Below, piece by piece: positions 1 to 11,921 of a stretch of DNA of 64,000 nucleotides. Origin of the DNA: Ptychomitrium polyphyllum (taxonomy: Eukaryota); contig OZ316775.1 in the NCBI GenBank assembly GCA_973851085.1, forward strand, positions 18,600,001 through 18,664,000, in the 5' to 3' direction. The position numbers were made by a program, and so were the translations under genes. The first letter of the stretch is position 1. Each line of letters opens with the position of its first letter. The notes below the pieces were generated by a model. The model searched no databases. It saw only the letters and a program-made list of their open reading frames with translations, and was not told the DNA's origin.

Positions 1-3000
1 TGTAGCAAAGGTGCAAGTACATCTTGCTTTGCATCTATAGCACACTCTTGAATTAAGTTTTTTTTTTTTTTCCATTTGTAATAAGTAATTATATGGTTCT
101 AATTGCTAGTGATATTGTTACTGTAAACTAATTCATAGTAAGCCTATGCTTTAGTATTATGCAATGAAGAAGGAATCTATTGGAAATGCAAGTAGAAGCT
201 TTGGCCAAGTCAACAATAATTATAGTCATCAAATGTAAAATTAATTTTATAAATTCAAAAAAAAATTGGTCAAACTAGGCATTGCATGATGGGTAGACAA
301 TGGAAGCTTTGCTATTAATATCTTTTCATAAAAGAGATGAAGGGTTAGGAGAAGGAGGAGTTGGAACTTAATTTGCAAAATTATGTAGTTGGCTAGAACC
401 ATCTTTTTAATCAAATACACCTTTATAATTATCATTTAATACATTTGTATTAAGTTGCTAATGTCCAATGTTACCTCTTATTTTATTTGCAAGGAATAAT
501 TTGCATTGAACATTGTAATCACTACTAGCATCTTTGCTTCCATTATTTTAAAGCTGTATTTGAATACTTTAAAAAGAACTATCACCAATATCATCATTGG
601 ATTCATTGTTGTTACTTATATTATAAATGGAATTAATGTCATCATCTTTTTTATTGGCTTCATCATGTCCTTTGATGTCTCCATCATCTTTTTTGTTACT
701 ACCCCTCTTTTTTTGTATATTTAATAATCCAATAATTTCTTCAACAATTTTATTTTGTAGTTTGTAATTTTTTGTTAAATAAATATATGAATTGGTACAA
801 TTAACCAAGTTTCCATGAATGTTAGGATTATAAAAACCAACTTGCCTTAGAAGATATCATTTGGCAATTGTATTTCTTTTTGTTAATTTATATTTGTATC
901 TTTATTTAAATTAACATTGTTTTTACTGTCAATGGCTCAATCACAACCAATTCAATTTTAAATCTTCTATTTATTATCAAATTTGAATGCAAGATCCTTA
1001 TTATTAAGCTTGTTTCTATCATCCAAATTAGATTCTTTTTAGTGTTTATTTCTATAATTCTTATAGATAAAAGTTGGTTGTGCTTGTTGTTTAAAGAATG
1101 TGTTTTAGTGTGAATATATACCAAAATCTTGGCCTTTTGAATGATCAATTTCTAGTACTTTTTGCTTTGAACAAAACAATATATATTTTAAGTTTACTTG
1201 CATCATGATACTCAAGATATTAAATAAAGACCCACTTTATAATGACTTCCAACAACTTCCAACCAATTTTATTTTACAATTGTTAAAGCAATAGACTTAC
1301 GGCATCAATAATTGCAATTTCTTGAGGAAAGTATGGATTCTAGTATCTCTTATATTGTATCAATTTGAGCATAACATCATCAAATGCCTAGTTTAATGGA
1401 TTTTTTAGTTTGCAAACCACCTTGTTAAAGCATGCCTTACACCTTTTGTTATTATTGTTTCAATATTTGTCCAATAAATATCTTGCATAGTAAAGGTTTA
1501 TTATTATTTTCTTCCATATTTTTTCTAGTCCTCCAAATTGATCACCAACTTTGCTAGCAATTTAAAGAATAAATAGTATTGAAGGTGTATTTCTTTAAAT
1601 TATTCATTGCCAACCATGCTTGTTCCATGCCAAGAGTGCTTCCATTTAAAATCCTTAAGGTAGTAAAAACTAAGTTTTTTTAAATCAAAAATTTCACTCT
1701 GATGCCAAATGGTTGCCTCAAATACAATTGTTCCAAGAATGCTAGTTGGTGCATGTTGGCAATGACTATTTACTTTGTCAAATAATCATATTCAATTAAG
1801 AAGAAATTGATCACGACCATTTTAAAAACTTTTTTTATTTTATGCAAAGTGTATTATCAAATGATTGTAAGAAATTTATATTTCCTTCGAGAATTAACAT
1901 CTTTGGAAAAAATTGTCAATATTATGCTATTGTCAATGTTGATTTTGAATGTATTTACAAATTTTCTTTACATTTTAAAACAAATCAAAAAACATATTTT
2001 TTTTTCTTTAATACTCCAATAGATTGGAAATGTGAACACAAATTTTTTGAAAGTAGGGGTGAATTTTTTGAGTTCTATATCTATTAATGCTATTAAATTG
2101 CATTGATTATATCTTGTTGTTGCATTTGTTATAGTATACAAGAGTTGGCTTAACACAATAGGTCAATTGATGGAGGAAGGCCATCTTAAAAGTGCAATTT
2201 AATTTTTAGAAGCCACTCCATCAATTCTACAAATAAATTGATTTGAAGAGGTGCTGATGATGCCATCAATGTTGGTATCAATGATTTTATATCCGTCATT
2301 TTTGTGTAATTATATCTTTTAAAGATGTCAATTGTCTTTTTATTTGTAAAAACACTTCTTCAAATTTGCACATAAGCCATAGTGTATTGAGGCCCTAATA
2401 TACTTATATATAGATTTTTTTTGCTCCACATATATTTCACCTTCTCTCTATAAATAGATGCCAATATGGCAATGGCCTTCAAAAATTGTGATAAATTGTT
2501 GCTTTTTCATACTACTAATCTAGCTTACTTCAATCAATAGATTTCAAGGTCCGTAATTAAATGGAAAAATCTATCAATATATTATTAATATATTAATATA
2601 TTAGGTCGACAATGTTAAAGTTACTTTTGCAAATGTTATAATGCCTCAATTGTTAAATTTTTGGTGCTTTCAAAAATAAATACACTTGCAAATGTTATAT
2701 ATTAAATGTTTAATAACTTAATTTAAACTATTTCATACATAAATCCTCATTTAATAAATATTTTTTAATTTTTTTTACTAAAATATGGTATATTTGCAAG
2801 TATGTATTAAGTATGAAGTAACAAAACAACAATGTTGGTGCAATTACCTTTCTAAGTTGAAATCTTGAAGTGTAACTAAAGCATTTATTATTGTTTTCAT
2901 TATTATGGAATAAAACCACAATTTTGGAGACTATAATAGTTTCTATTGATTTAACTCAATTTAAGCTAAATTCCATATATCATCAATCGTTTAATATTAA

Positions 3001-5850
3001 ATTTAGTCAATTTTGACTATTGTGGTTCATCATCTAATAAAAAAATATATAGTTTCGAAAACATGACAATTATTATTGGCAGATTTAGCCTTTTAAAAAA
3101 TCTATTTCATCTTTCAGATTATTTTGGAACTTTGGAATTTTTCATTATGATGAACATGATGTTATTTTAGCTTGTTCCAACTTATTTTGAATAACATTGG
3201 ATGACACAATTGATAATCTTAGTTCCAAGTTAAAATCTATGGAAAAGAATTTAATAAAAATCCAAATTTATTGCAATTTTCAAAGCATTATTGATAAGTA
3301 TTTTTTACTAGTATTATTACTAATGTAGATTTTTTTTTAATTCTTATGTTACTCCATATGTAGTTCTTTTATTTTATTATTGTTGATTTTTGCAACACTC
3401 ATCCTTGATTAAAGTAGCCTATATAAATATGATTTTTTGCTTTAAATACGTAATATTTAAAGGCTTGAAGAAAGGCTAGTTGTAAGTCCAAAATTGTTCT
3501 CAAGTTGTTATTAAAGTATTCCTTGTCAATCTTCTTATACTTCATTGTTGTTTAGTAATTACAATCAATGAACACAATAAATGTAGCCTTTCATTCATAA
3601 TACTATTTGCATAGTTTTTAAATTTAAATACATTAGAACTTCATTAGCTTTTCTTAGCTTATAGATGTCATTTGTGGATGTAAATGAAGCTTAAATGTTT
3701 CATGTCTTGACAAACAATTAGATAGATGGATCTACCAAACAATATTTCTTTATAGTATTTTTTCTCAAATTAGTAATGAGCTATTGAATGTACCTTCCAC
3801 TGCATTGTCAACTACAACATTAATAACTTTTGCATTTGCAACTGTCTTTAGAAAATGTTCATAAATGTCTTCTACGCTTTGATTTTGATTATACATGATA
3901 TTTTAATTTGTCTTCTTAATAAGTAATTATCTTGCTTTTATATTTGTTTCTTAAAGGAATTGTTTTATATCATTATAATATTAGAAAATATATTAGTCTT
4001 TTTTTTTGTAAGCCTTTAATCACTTGTTATTGCCGTCAATAACACCTCTAATTTTATATATCCAACTCCATAGTCCATGCCCCTTATAGTGCCTTTTGCA
4101 CTTCTATTATTTTTTTATTTTTTTGCCCTTATACTTGGCATTTGTGCCTCTATTACTACTTTCATCCCACATCTTGTTTGCCGCGTCTTCCTAATTATCA
4201 AGAAAACATGCACCTTAGATATTTATTAGACTTTTGTTCAATCAAAGTTGGAATTTAAATCCAATTAGTTTATTTACTTTTCACAAAATTTGTACCAATT
4301 AGAAAGGCAACTATGAAAGTATAAAACAAATCAACTATTATTTCATTTTTTCCAATTTGTTTCTTTAAAATAGTTGGTTGACTAAGCTTGATCAAATGTA
4401 CTTTACCACCATTCTACCACAATATATAAACTTCCATGGTTTGAGTGTGGAAGGACCAAAATTCAATCACATCAAGATGTACAATGGAACAAATTATAGC
4501 CTTAAAAGATCAATGTTCACACTTTATTTTCTTGCTTTTTGTTGTAAGAAGAATTTATCATATGTAAATCAAAATGCCTTTCAATTAAGAAATATATACT
4601 TTTTAAACCTTATTATATATCTCTTGAGGATTGAAGCTAAATAAAAGAATGATATTCACAAGTTATAGAACCAATACCATGCAACATCTTTGATGAAAAA
4701 ATTATATACATTTAATACATGTTGGAGATTTTGTCATGTTTGTTTATCATTTATTTCTTATTTTTTTTTCAATCAAGCTAAACAACTAAGTAATATTAGT
4801 AAAATAAGTGTTTGAGTCTAGATAAACTTGATTTATTGGAATTTTTAATTTACATGGATTAATGCCTTGCAATGGAGATGTTTATTGGAGCTCTTGCTTG
4901 AAGAAATGGTGCAAAATTACTATTTGCAAAATAAAAATGAATCCCCTCTCTCTTCCTTCTTTTTTCTCCCTCTTTTTTCTTTCTTACAATAAAACTTGAA
5001 AGACTAAGTTCCTTAGTTTGGTCGTCCAAATTTTAAACTTGCATTAAATTATATATAAAAAAACGTTCATTTTTTAAGTTTGTAGATTGATATTTTTGTT
5101 GGATGTTCAATTAAAAAAATATGGTCACAAGAATCAAATAATAACTTTTCATTTGTAACACTGCACATTGGAATGCAAATGATTCCAAGATTTAATGCTC
5201 TTATAGAAAAGATCCAAAATAAGATAACTAAAATTGTAAAGGTTACAGAAATTTCTATGACTCTTCTTTAAAGTTTGAAAGCCCAATTTGTATCTTCTAT
5301 AAGATATAGAGCTTATTCTTTGTTTATAATATGTTCAATTTCAATGTATGATTTAGGTTTTTAAATATGCTTTTCCAATTATGACAGGATATTTATGAAA
5401 TGGTAAATTTTTTATATATTTTAAACTTTTAATATTACACATCTTGATGTTTTAGATAATCAACTTTGAAGTATTCTTTGACAATTCTAAATTTTTCAAA
5501 TACATCCATTACATACTTGATAAAATTTGATTTGATTGAGAATAGTCCATTTATGAGAGTAGACAAGGCATTTAAATTTCAATTGGTTTTGTTTAGGGAT
5601 GAACAAAAAGTTTTAAACAATAGTGTATTATATTTTATAATGTCCTTAAGCCACATCATATTTTATAATGTCCTTAAGCCACATCATACTTCTAGTTCCG
5701 TTCCATAGTACAAATTCAGAATGATTTTCCTCCATCTTGCTTCTAGAACTGTCCTCCCAAAACTCACAATACTCATGAATCCAAAATCCCCACCAAAATA
5801 AATAATTAATAAAAAATGACCATATGAAATCTAACTCTGTTTTCACTGTG
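1..5850. mobile_element. Highly decayed AT-rich transposon-like region (family uncertain, possibly a Helitron-type Rep remnant on the - strand)
   Basis: Very AT-rich, with CG and CAG/CTG visibly scarce and no intact ORF. Stop-riddled protein-like fragments occur on the - strand (e.g. DYLTK* near 1780, RILNGSTLGMEQAW near 1640, LFYEKILIAKLP near 330). The family assignment is weak inference. Confidence 0.4.
5631..5688. repeat. 28-bp perfect tandem duplication
   Basis: tattttataatgtccttaagccacatca occurs at 5631-5658 and 5659-5686. Confidence 0.9.
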
Positions 5851-7643
5851 CCTACAATGTGTAAGCGTCCGTGTGGGGCAGCTGCACGTGCATTAGATGC
5901 ACGCCTTCAACTCCAACCCTTCAACATCGCACCTACGTGGGCAGGGTAATTTGCATTTTACCCTTCAAATGCTCAAGGTGCATTGACCCCTATCAACCAG
6001 ACACTGAGGCTTATCGGACGTCCTTGTCCGCGATTCAACAAAGTTTGAAGCAGCCAGATGGACAACTAGACGACCCTGTGTTTAATAATTCCAAACTTGC
6101 CATGACTTGCTTTTAAATTTTCTTGATATGTAACGTTCCAGACTACTATATTCCAGAACCCAGACGTCTTGCTGGAATGATGTGCCTGTCTGTGTGCTCA
6201 AAGTACGCCTCCCATCAAAGAGGATAGCAGTGTGGGGGTGTCGATCACTGAGGCCTTAGATATTAGCTCAATTCACTGTGCAGTCAATACGTGAAGCGTA
6301 TATGTTATGTTGAGAAGGGAAAGAAGAATCAATAACTGATAATCAAAGAGCAAATATCGAGATACCATTGCAATTTCGTGTGTTTCTGAATTTCAATCTC
6401 CTGCTAAGTGAGGAAATCGCTTCCAGCGAATTTGACCGGTTATAGACTGATGTCATGACAAGTGAAAGACTAGAGTTGAACTCAAGAACCGAAGCAGATC
6501 ATGCATGGTGCATAATTGAGGTCTGCGTGCAATTTGCAAAGCACGGTGAGCAAGAATGAGGTCAAACAAGAAGCATGCACGTTAATAATATTAGAAGGCT
6601 ATGGCAGATCTGAGGGTCAAGTTGGATTGCAAATTGTTCTTCGGCAGACTCTAGTGCCATTTTGCTAAAAAAGGTTCCCTTTCAAACTCTTACGGCTCAC
6701 TTAAATGTAGGAGAGTTTCAAAGATATGTAGACAGCCGATCACGACTGCTAACAACTTGATCGAGGTGAATTGATGATGTAGGTGAAGTTCATCTCTCAT
6801 ACTTGTATAACGTCTGCAGGTTGAATGAGCTTGTTGCGGTTGCCAGAAGCCTGTGAGTTTCGTGACTTGGAGCTAAAGAGCTAATATTCGTTCAATTGAG
6901 AAAATTCCGCATCTCAATATCATATTCGAGTCCAAGTTCGTGCGAGTCTAAGCTGCTTAACAACGTTTGTTTGATCAATAATGCGAAGTATACAGTCTAC
7001 AACTGTGTATGGCGTATCCAAACACTTCAACTGTGGTCCGAGAAAACTCTCAAAATGCATCGGAGTATAAAAATTCCAAGATAAAAGGATCTGAAACGGA
7101 ATCAAAGTCCAGTTACAACAAGGATATTACAATATCATATTCTTTATTATAACTCAGACTGCAAAGGTATGAGCAGCCATAAGACACACCATGAACACAC
7201 ACATTGACACATCCCAGACACAAACTTGTTCACAGCAGGCTCAAGTATTGAGCACCATCGCTGCTAGTTCAGTTGGGCTGGCATGGGGCAGATATCTTCA
7301 ATTTCGAACCAAACAAGCATCTGAAGCCACTTACTTACTCACATGCATAAGTAGCTTAAAACAACGATGTCTGCAAGTATACTCCAGACCACGATCCTTA
7401 CAACGAAATTGCATCAGCTTATTCTAGTACTAATACTTCCACGCAACAGATCCCAGTTACTATCATAGAACATGATTCTAGAGACAGACGCCAGGAGGAT
7501 AAGCATGGATACACATATACGTTAGTTTATTATATTACGTTCACTCTTATGAAAACCATGAGTCCTTCATTAGCTGGATACATTGCAGCCGTCGAGCTCC
7601 AGCAATGCAAGGAATATGACTCACAGCTTCCAAGATAGTTCAA

Positions 7644-8132
7644 TCAGCTGATGGGCGCACCGGTGCAGAAGTTCGCATCAGCTCCTGAACCAAGTGGTAG
7701 ATTACTGGTCGTCGTGATGTAGAGGCCTGGCTGGTTACCAGGGCAAGGGGAGGACACTGTATACGTCAATGCACCAGTCTGCCCAAGGAGCTGCGAAAGT
7801 ATAGTCGATTGGACGGCATAAACGGAATTCCCAACCGTAATCGTTTGAGTAGAGACTGTCCCTGCAGCGGTCGCGACGCCCAATGTTACTTGCCCCGTCT
7901 GACCAGGACCAACGACAACTGAAGATCGGGACAGTTGAGTTCCCAGCGGTCCCGTTACAGCCACAGCGTAGGTGAGGCTCATCGTCAGCTGATTTGCGAT
8001 GGTCGTAGTGAGCGCAGGTAACGGGTTTGGCTGCTGGGCAGTGCAGGTTCCTGCAAAGAGGACCACGGTCATCATGGCCGCCAGCAGCTCGGCTGCCAGT
8101 ATACCGTGAGTGGCTTTGCTGGAGGTGGCCAT
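7644..8132 (-). CDS. Small secreted protein of unknown function, single exon, ~162 aa
   Basis: GC-rich ORF in AT-rich flanks. N-terminal hydrophobic signal peptide (MATSSK...VVLFAGTCTA|QQP), Thr/Ser/Gly/Val-rich mature part with two C-terminal Cys, and a TATA-like element upstream. An alternative in-frame ATG lies at 8144. Confidence 0.75.
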   Translation of the reverse strand: MATSSKATHGILAAELLAAMMTVVLFAGTCTAQQPNPLPALTTTIANQLTMSLTYAVAVTGPLGTQLSRSSVVVGPGQTGQVTLGVATAAGTVSTQTITVGNSVYAVQSTILSQLLGQTGALTYTVSSPCPGNQPGLYITTTSNLPLGSGADANFCTGAPIS

Positions 8133-8266
8133 AACGAATTGCATCGCAGGAGTGGAAGTCCAATGCTCTAAACAGAGAAACGACCGAAGTGCTGGTCTGC
8201 AGAGATGGCCAACGAAATAGAGGAAGGCTCGGCTGTTCAGTGTGTCGAAGTGCCTGCACTGCTTGG

Positions 8267-8274
8267 TTCTTATA
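8267..8274 (-). promoter_or_regulatory. TATA-like box of the secreted-protein gene
   Basis: TATAAGAA on the - strand about 135 bp upstream of the ATG. An ACGTGG (ABRE-like core) lies nearby at about 8313. Confidence 0.4.
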
Positions 8275-11200
8275 GCATGCTGGCTGGTTGATCGATCAGG
8301 TGGTTTCAGACGACGTGGGATCGTGGGAAATTTATCCAGGTTTACTACACACTATTAGTATGCATTGGACATTGTATGGACATTGCATGTATGTACGATG
8401 GACATTTCTGATTATTGTTTCTTGGAGATTAGTACTAAGTATCTAAAATGCATTGGGAAACATTAGCAATACATACTTCTGGAAGTTCTGTCCTTTTTAA
8501 AACGTGTTGAACCACCCAGTATATGTTTGATTGGCACCAAAATTAGATAATTGGACGTCCTAGCATTAGGAATTATTTAGCTTTGATGGCAATTTGGAGG
8601 ACTTTCTAGTACTCAACAAGAGTTATTTGTTAAGTCCTCTCTCAAAGAGGAGAGTTTTGCAAAAGATAATTTGAAAATTATTTTTGTCAAAAAAATAAGT
8701 AAAATTATATTTTAGAATGTGTTTTGATGAATCAATGAAGAGCCTCACTAATGTTGGGGAGTGATATGGAAATCTTAATTTTTGAGCATTTCCAAAGTTA
8801 GCCAAGCTCCTGTAGACCAACCTTTCTTTTATCCAAGGTGCTCAAAGTTTGTTTAATGGCTCTTTAAACCAAAAATGTTTCAATGTTTGTCTTGTAGTTT
8901 ATTAGAGACTATTATTTATATGAAAACCACACTTTTGAAACTCAATGTGTGATATAATAGATTTTCAAAATTCTTCCAAGAAAGCTTAAAATACCATTTG
9001 TAAATAATCCACAAATGAAATACATGAGGTGTTTCTTTGCATTAATTTGCATAGGCTTAAATGGATTATTAGTGGATTCAGAATTGAACCAAAGTCTTCA
9101 TTTCTTTGTTCTTTGATCTTTAGCAAGAACTTCCATACCGTACTGTACATTAGATGGGTTTCCAAAAGCAAATGTGGTTGTTGGAATGGATAAGGTCACT
9201 TCAGGTGGGCAAACCTTGAAAATCAGACGCACCAGGCTCTTGGAAGGCTGTGATTGAATTGATTGCAGAAACATAGACAGTGCATTTAGGCATCAGTTCA
9301 AATCATCTTTGAGAACATCCATAGAAATGCATGGAATGTAGAGGTTTATTATGTAGCTATGTTTCTCATTTACAACAGAACATCTCACTAATTTCCTAAA
9401 TGTTTGAACCATTCTCAAATGGATTCAAACTTTCATGTAGTGTAGCTAAATTTCCCATCTTTGAATTTATAAAACAACTTCATTTTGTATATTTTCAAAC
9501 AAATCTATACATTTACTATTGACTTTGAATTTTTCAATTTTTTTTGATAATCATTAAAACTGTTATGGTTTATTGTGGTTCTTAAAAGTTATGAGTCTTC
9601 CAAATATTATATTACTTACAATAATGGAAAAAAATGGTTTTTAAACTAAAACCAGGCTTCACTAGAGAGGAGCAGGATTTGGACATTTGGTCTTTTAGGG
9701 GCAATATCAGACAGACAGGTAGTCACTATGAGATACACAATATCAATTGCAAGCACAGAAAGAAAAGTGTCTATACCATAGCTAACTAACATAATATAGA
9801 CAAATTCTGTGTACTTTTACAGTACGCACGTTCCCTTGCTCATTACCATCACGGTGCCCTACTGAATTTGTATTTGAAGACATTCATACTGTGTTTGTAC
9901 TGTTTTTGACACTATATTCATGATGTCATGTGGCAAGGGACCCAGATATATCTAAAACTACCGAAAATAATCAGTATGAGCCACAAACACACTTGGGAAA
10001 GTATGCCGCGCATGGTTCACGTTGTACGGTTGTACCCAAATCATAATGTTGTTCGTGGACAAGGAAATGGACTTGCACTCAGGCATTGTAGCACTGGCGT
10101 GTTGACAAACAAAGTGATATTGTGAACAAAGTTGTAGCAACAAGGTTAGACTGCACTGTGCAGTTGGATCTAATAATATAGGAGTAACATGTTAATTTAT
10201 ACAATTAAGATATATTTAGAATCTTGGAGTCAAATTTGGCTAAGTTGAACTACAGAAGACATACTATGCATACAACTGAGTCCTGATCTAGAACTAATAA
10301 TAATTTGACGCATTTGTCACTGACAACACAAATCTCCATTTTACCACCTTTATTTATAAGGATGTAGAGATACTTTGGTTGTTTAATATTTGTTAACCTT
10401 TTTATAGAAAGAATATCAAAATTTTGTAAAACCATATTTCAAAAAGATATAAATTGTGAAGTTTTATCAATCTAGGTATTAATATTCAAATTTCTAAATC
10501 CAATTAAGCTACTCAATACCTAATCCAATTTTATGATGGTTTGTATAAACTATTTGGATTTGAAATTAGATTTAAGGAACTTATATAACAAAAAGAATAT
10601 CATATTCACTACAATGAGAAATTCCAAAGTCCCAAATGTTAACATTGTATATTGATTATGTAATAGCTAAGTCGTTTCAAAATTGTTGTTTTGTTCCATT
10701 ATATTAAATATGGTGATAAAATAAAATAAATAGTATATTACAAATATTCAACATAAATAAATTATACCATTCTTCAAACATTTAAAGGAATAAGACATTA
10801 ATTTTAAGAATTAGATTTTTTTTTTTCATTTACTTCTCAATTTACTTTAATTATTACAAAAATTCAAAATATTTCAAAACCAATGATAGGGTGGCTTTTT
10901 ATTTACAACCTTTTACTAAGAATTGTTTTTGAATAAAATCAGAAGTTATTGAAACAAATTTTAAATAACAATTTAAAATTATACGAAATTTACATATGCT
11001 TATAAGTATGAAGCAACCCCATGTAATGAGAGAGTGAATAGTTATTGACGGAATGAATATAACATATTTTAATGATAATTCTAAAAAGAAAATCAAATCA
11101 AATATTTCTAGATACAGGGTCATATTTTTAAGTATCACACGTGGTTAGGTTTTGGAGCAAGAATTGTAAATATTCTGAGCAGTAAAACATAAATTACAAT

Positions 11201-11686
11201 TGTACCTTTCATCCAAAATCAGAAAAATAAATGTCGTTTTACTTTGTAGCGAATTCCATATTTTTTTGCAAATTTTTTTTCCTAGAAAAACCTAATGCAG
11301 CAACATATAAACAAGATAATATTTTCGAAAAAAGAACTTCCATCTAATTGAAAAAATTAATTCCTAGAAATTTGTATGGTGAAAATAAATGGTGAATTTT
11401 GGATTCTTTTGATTCATACATTTCAACATTATAAACATTTTTCTTTTATAAATTTCTCATTTGGCTATAATAACTTGACAATAGGAGGAACAAACCAATT
11501 ATTCACACACCTTGAAGAATTAGAAGTCTTCGTCTGAGAAGACATTCAACGAAGGCGAACCGAACGAAAACCGAACGAAGGCTGATGAATGAATAAACAC
11601 ATGATTTCATCCATGCATCCAGGGTGCCGTGAGCGAGTCGCAGCGACTGAGGGACACAAGGACGCAGTTGCTCGACCTGTTAGATA

Positions 11687-11758
11687 GACACCTATGTGAC
11701 ACTATGGTGATAATGATACGATAGCTGGTGGATACTAGTGTAATACCCGCGTGAAACT
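11687..11758 (+). repeat. 11-bp-phased GATAC-type motif array upstream of the zinc-knuckle gene
   Basis: Cores gacac 11687, gacac 11698, gataa 11709, gatag 11720, gatac 11731, aatac 11742 and gaaac 11753 are spaced exactly 11 bp apart. Confidence 0.75.
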
Positions 11759-11921
11759 CGGACAGTGTATCGAAGGGTTTCGCGAGCTCACCTGGCGGCG
11801 GAGGGTGGGATGCAGCAGACAGCGAGCTATGGCGAGCGAAGGAATGCTCACACCACAACAACGGCATCGACATCGCAGCTGCGGATTGCGGAGGCGCCAC
11901 GCACGGAGGGACTAGGAGGAG

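Noticed and set aside
5889..5905. Short hairpin cgtgcat-tag-atgcacg as a Helitron 3' terminus
   Set aside because: No correctly spaced CTRR end, and it lies on the wrong side for a - strand element.
7735..8259. 174-aa alternative-frame ORF over the secreted-protein gene
   Set aside because: GTG start and Arg/Cys-rich composition typical of an off-frame read of a GC-rich CDS.
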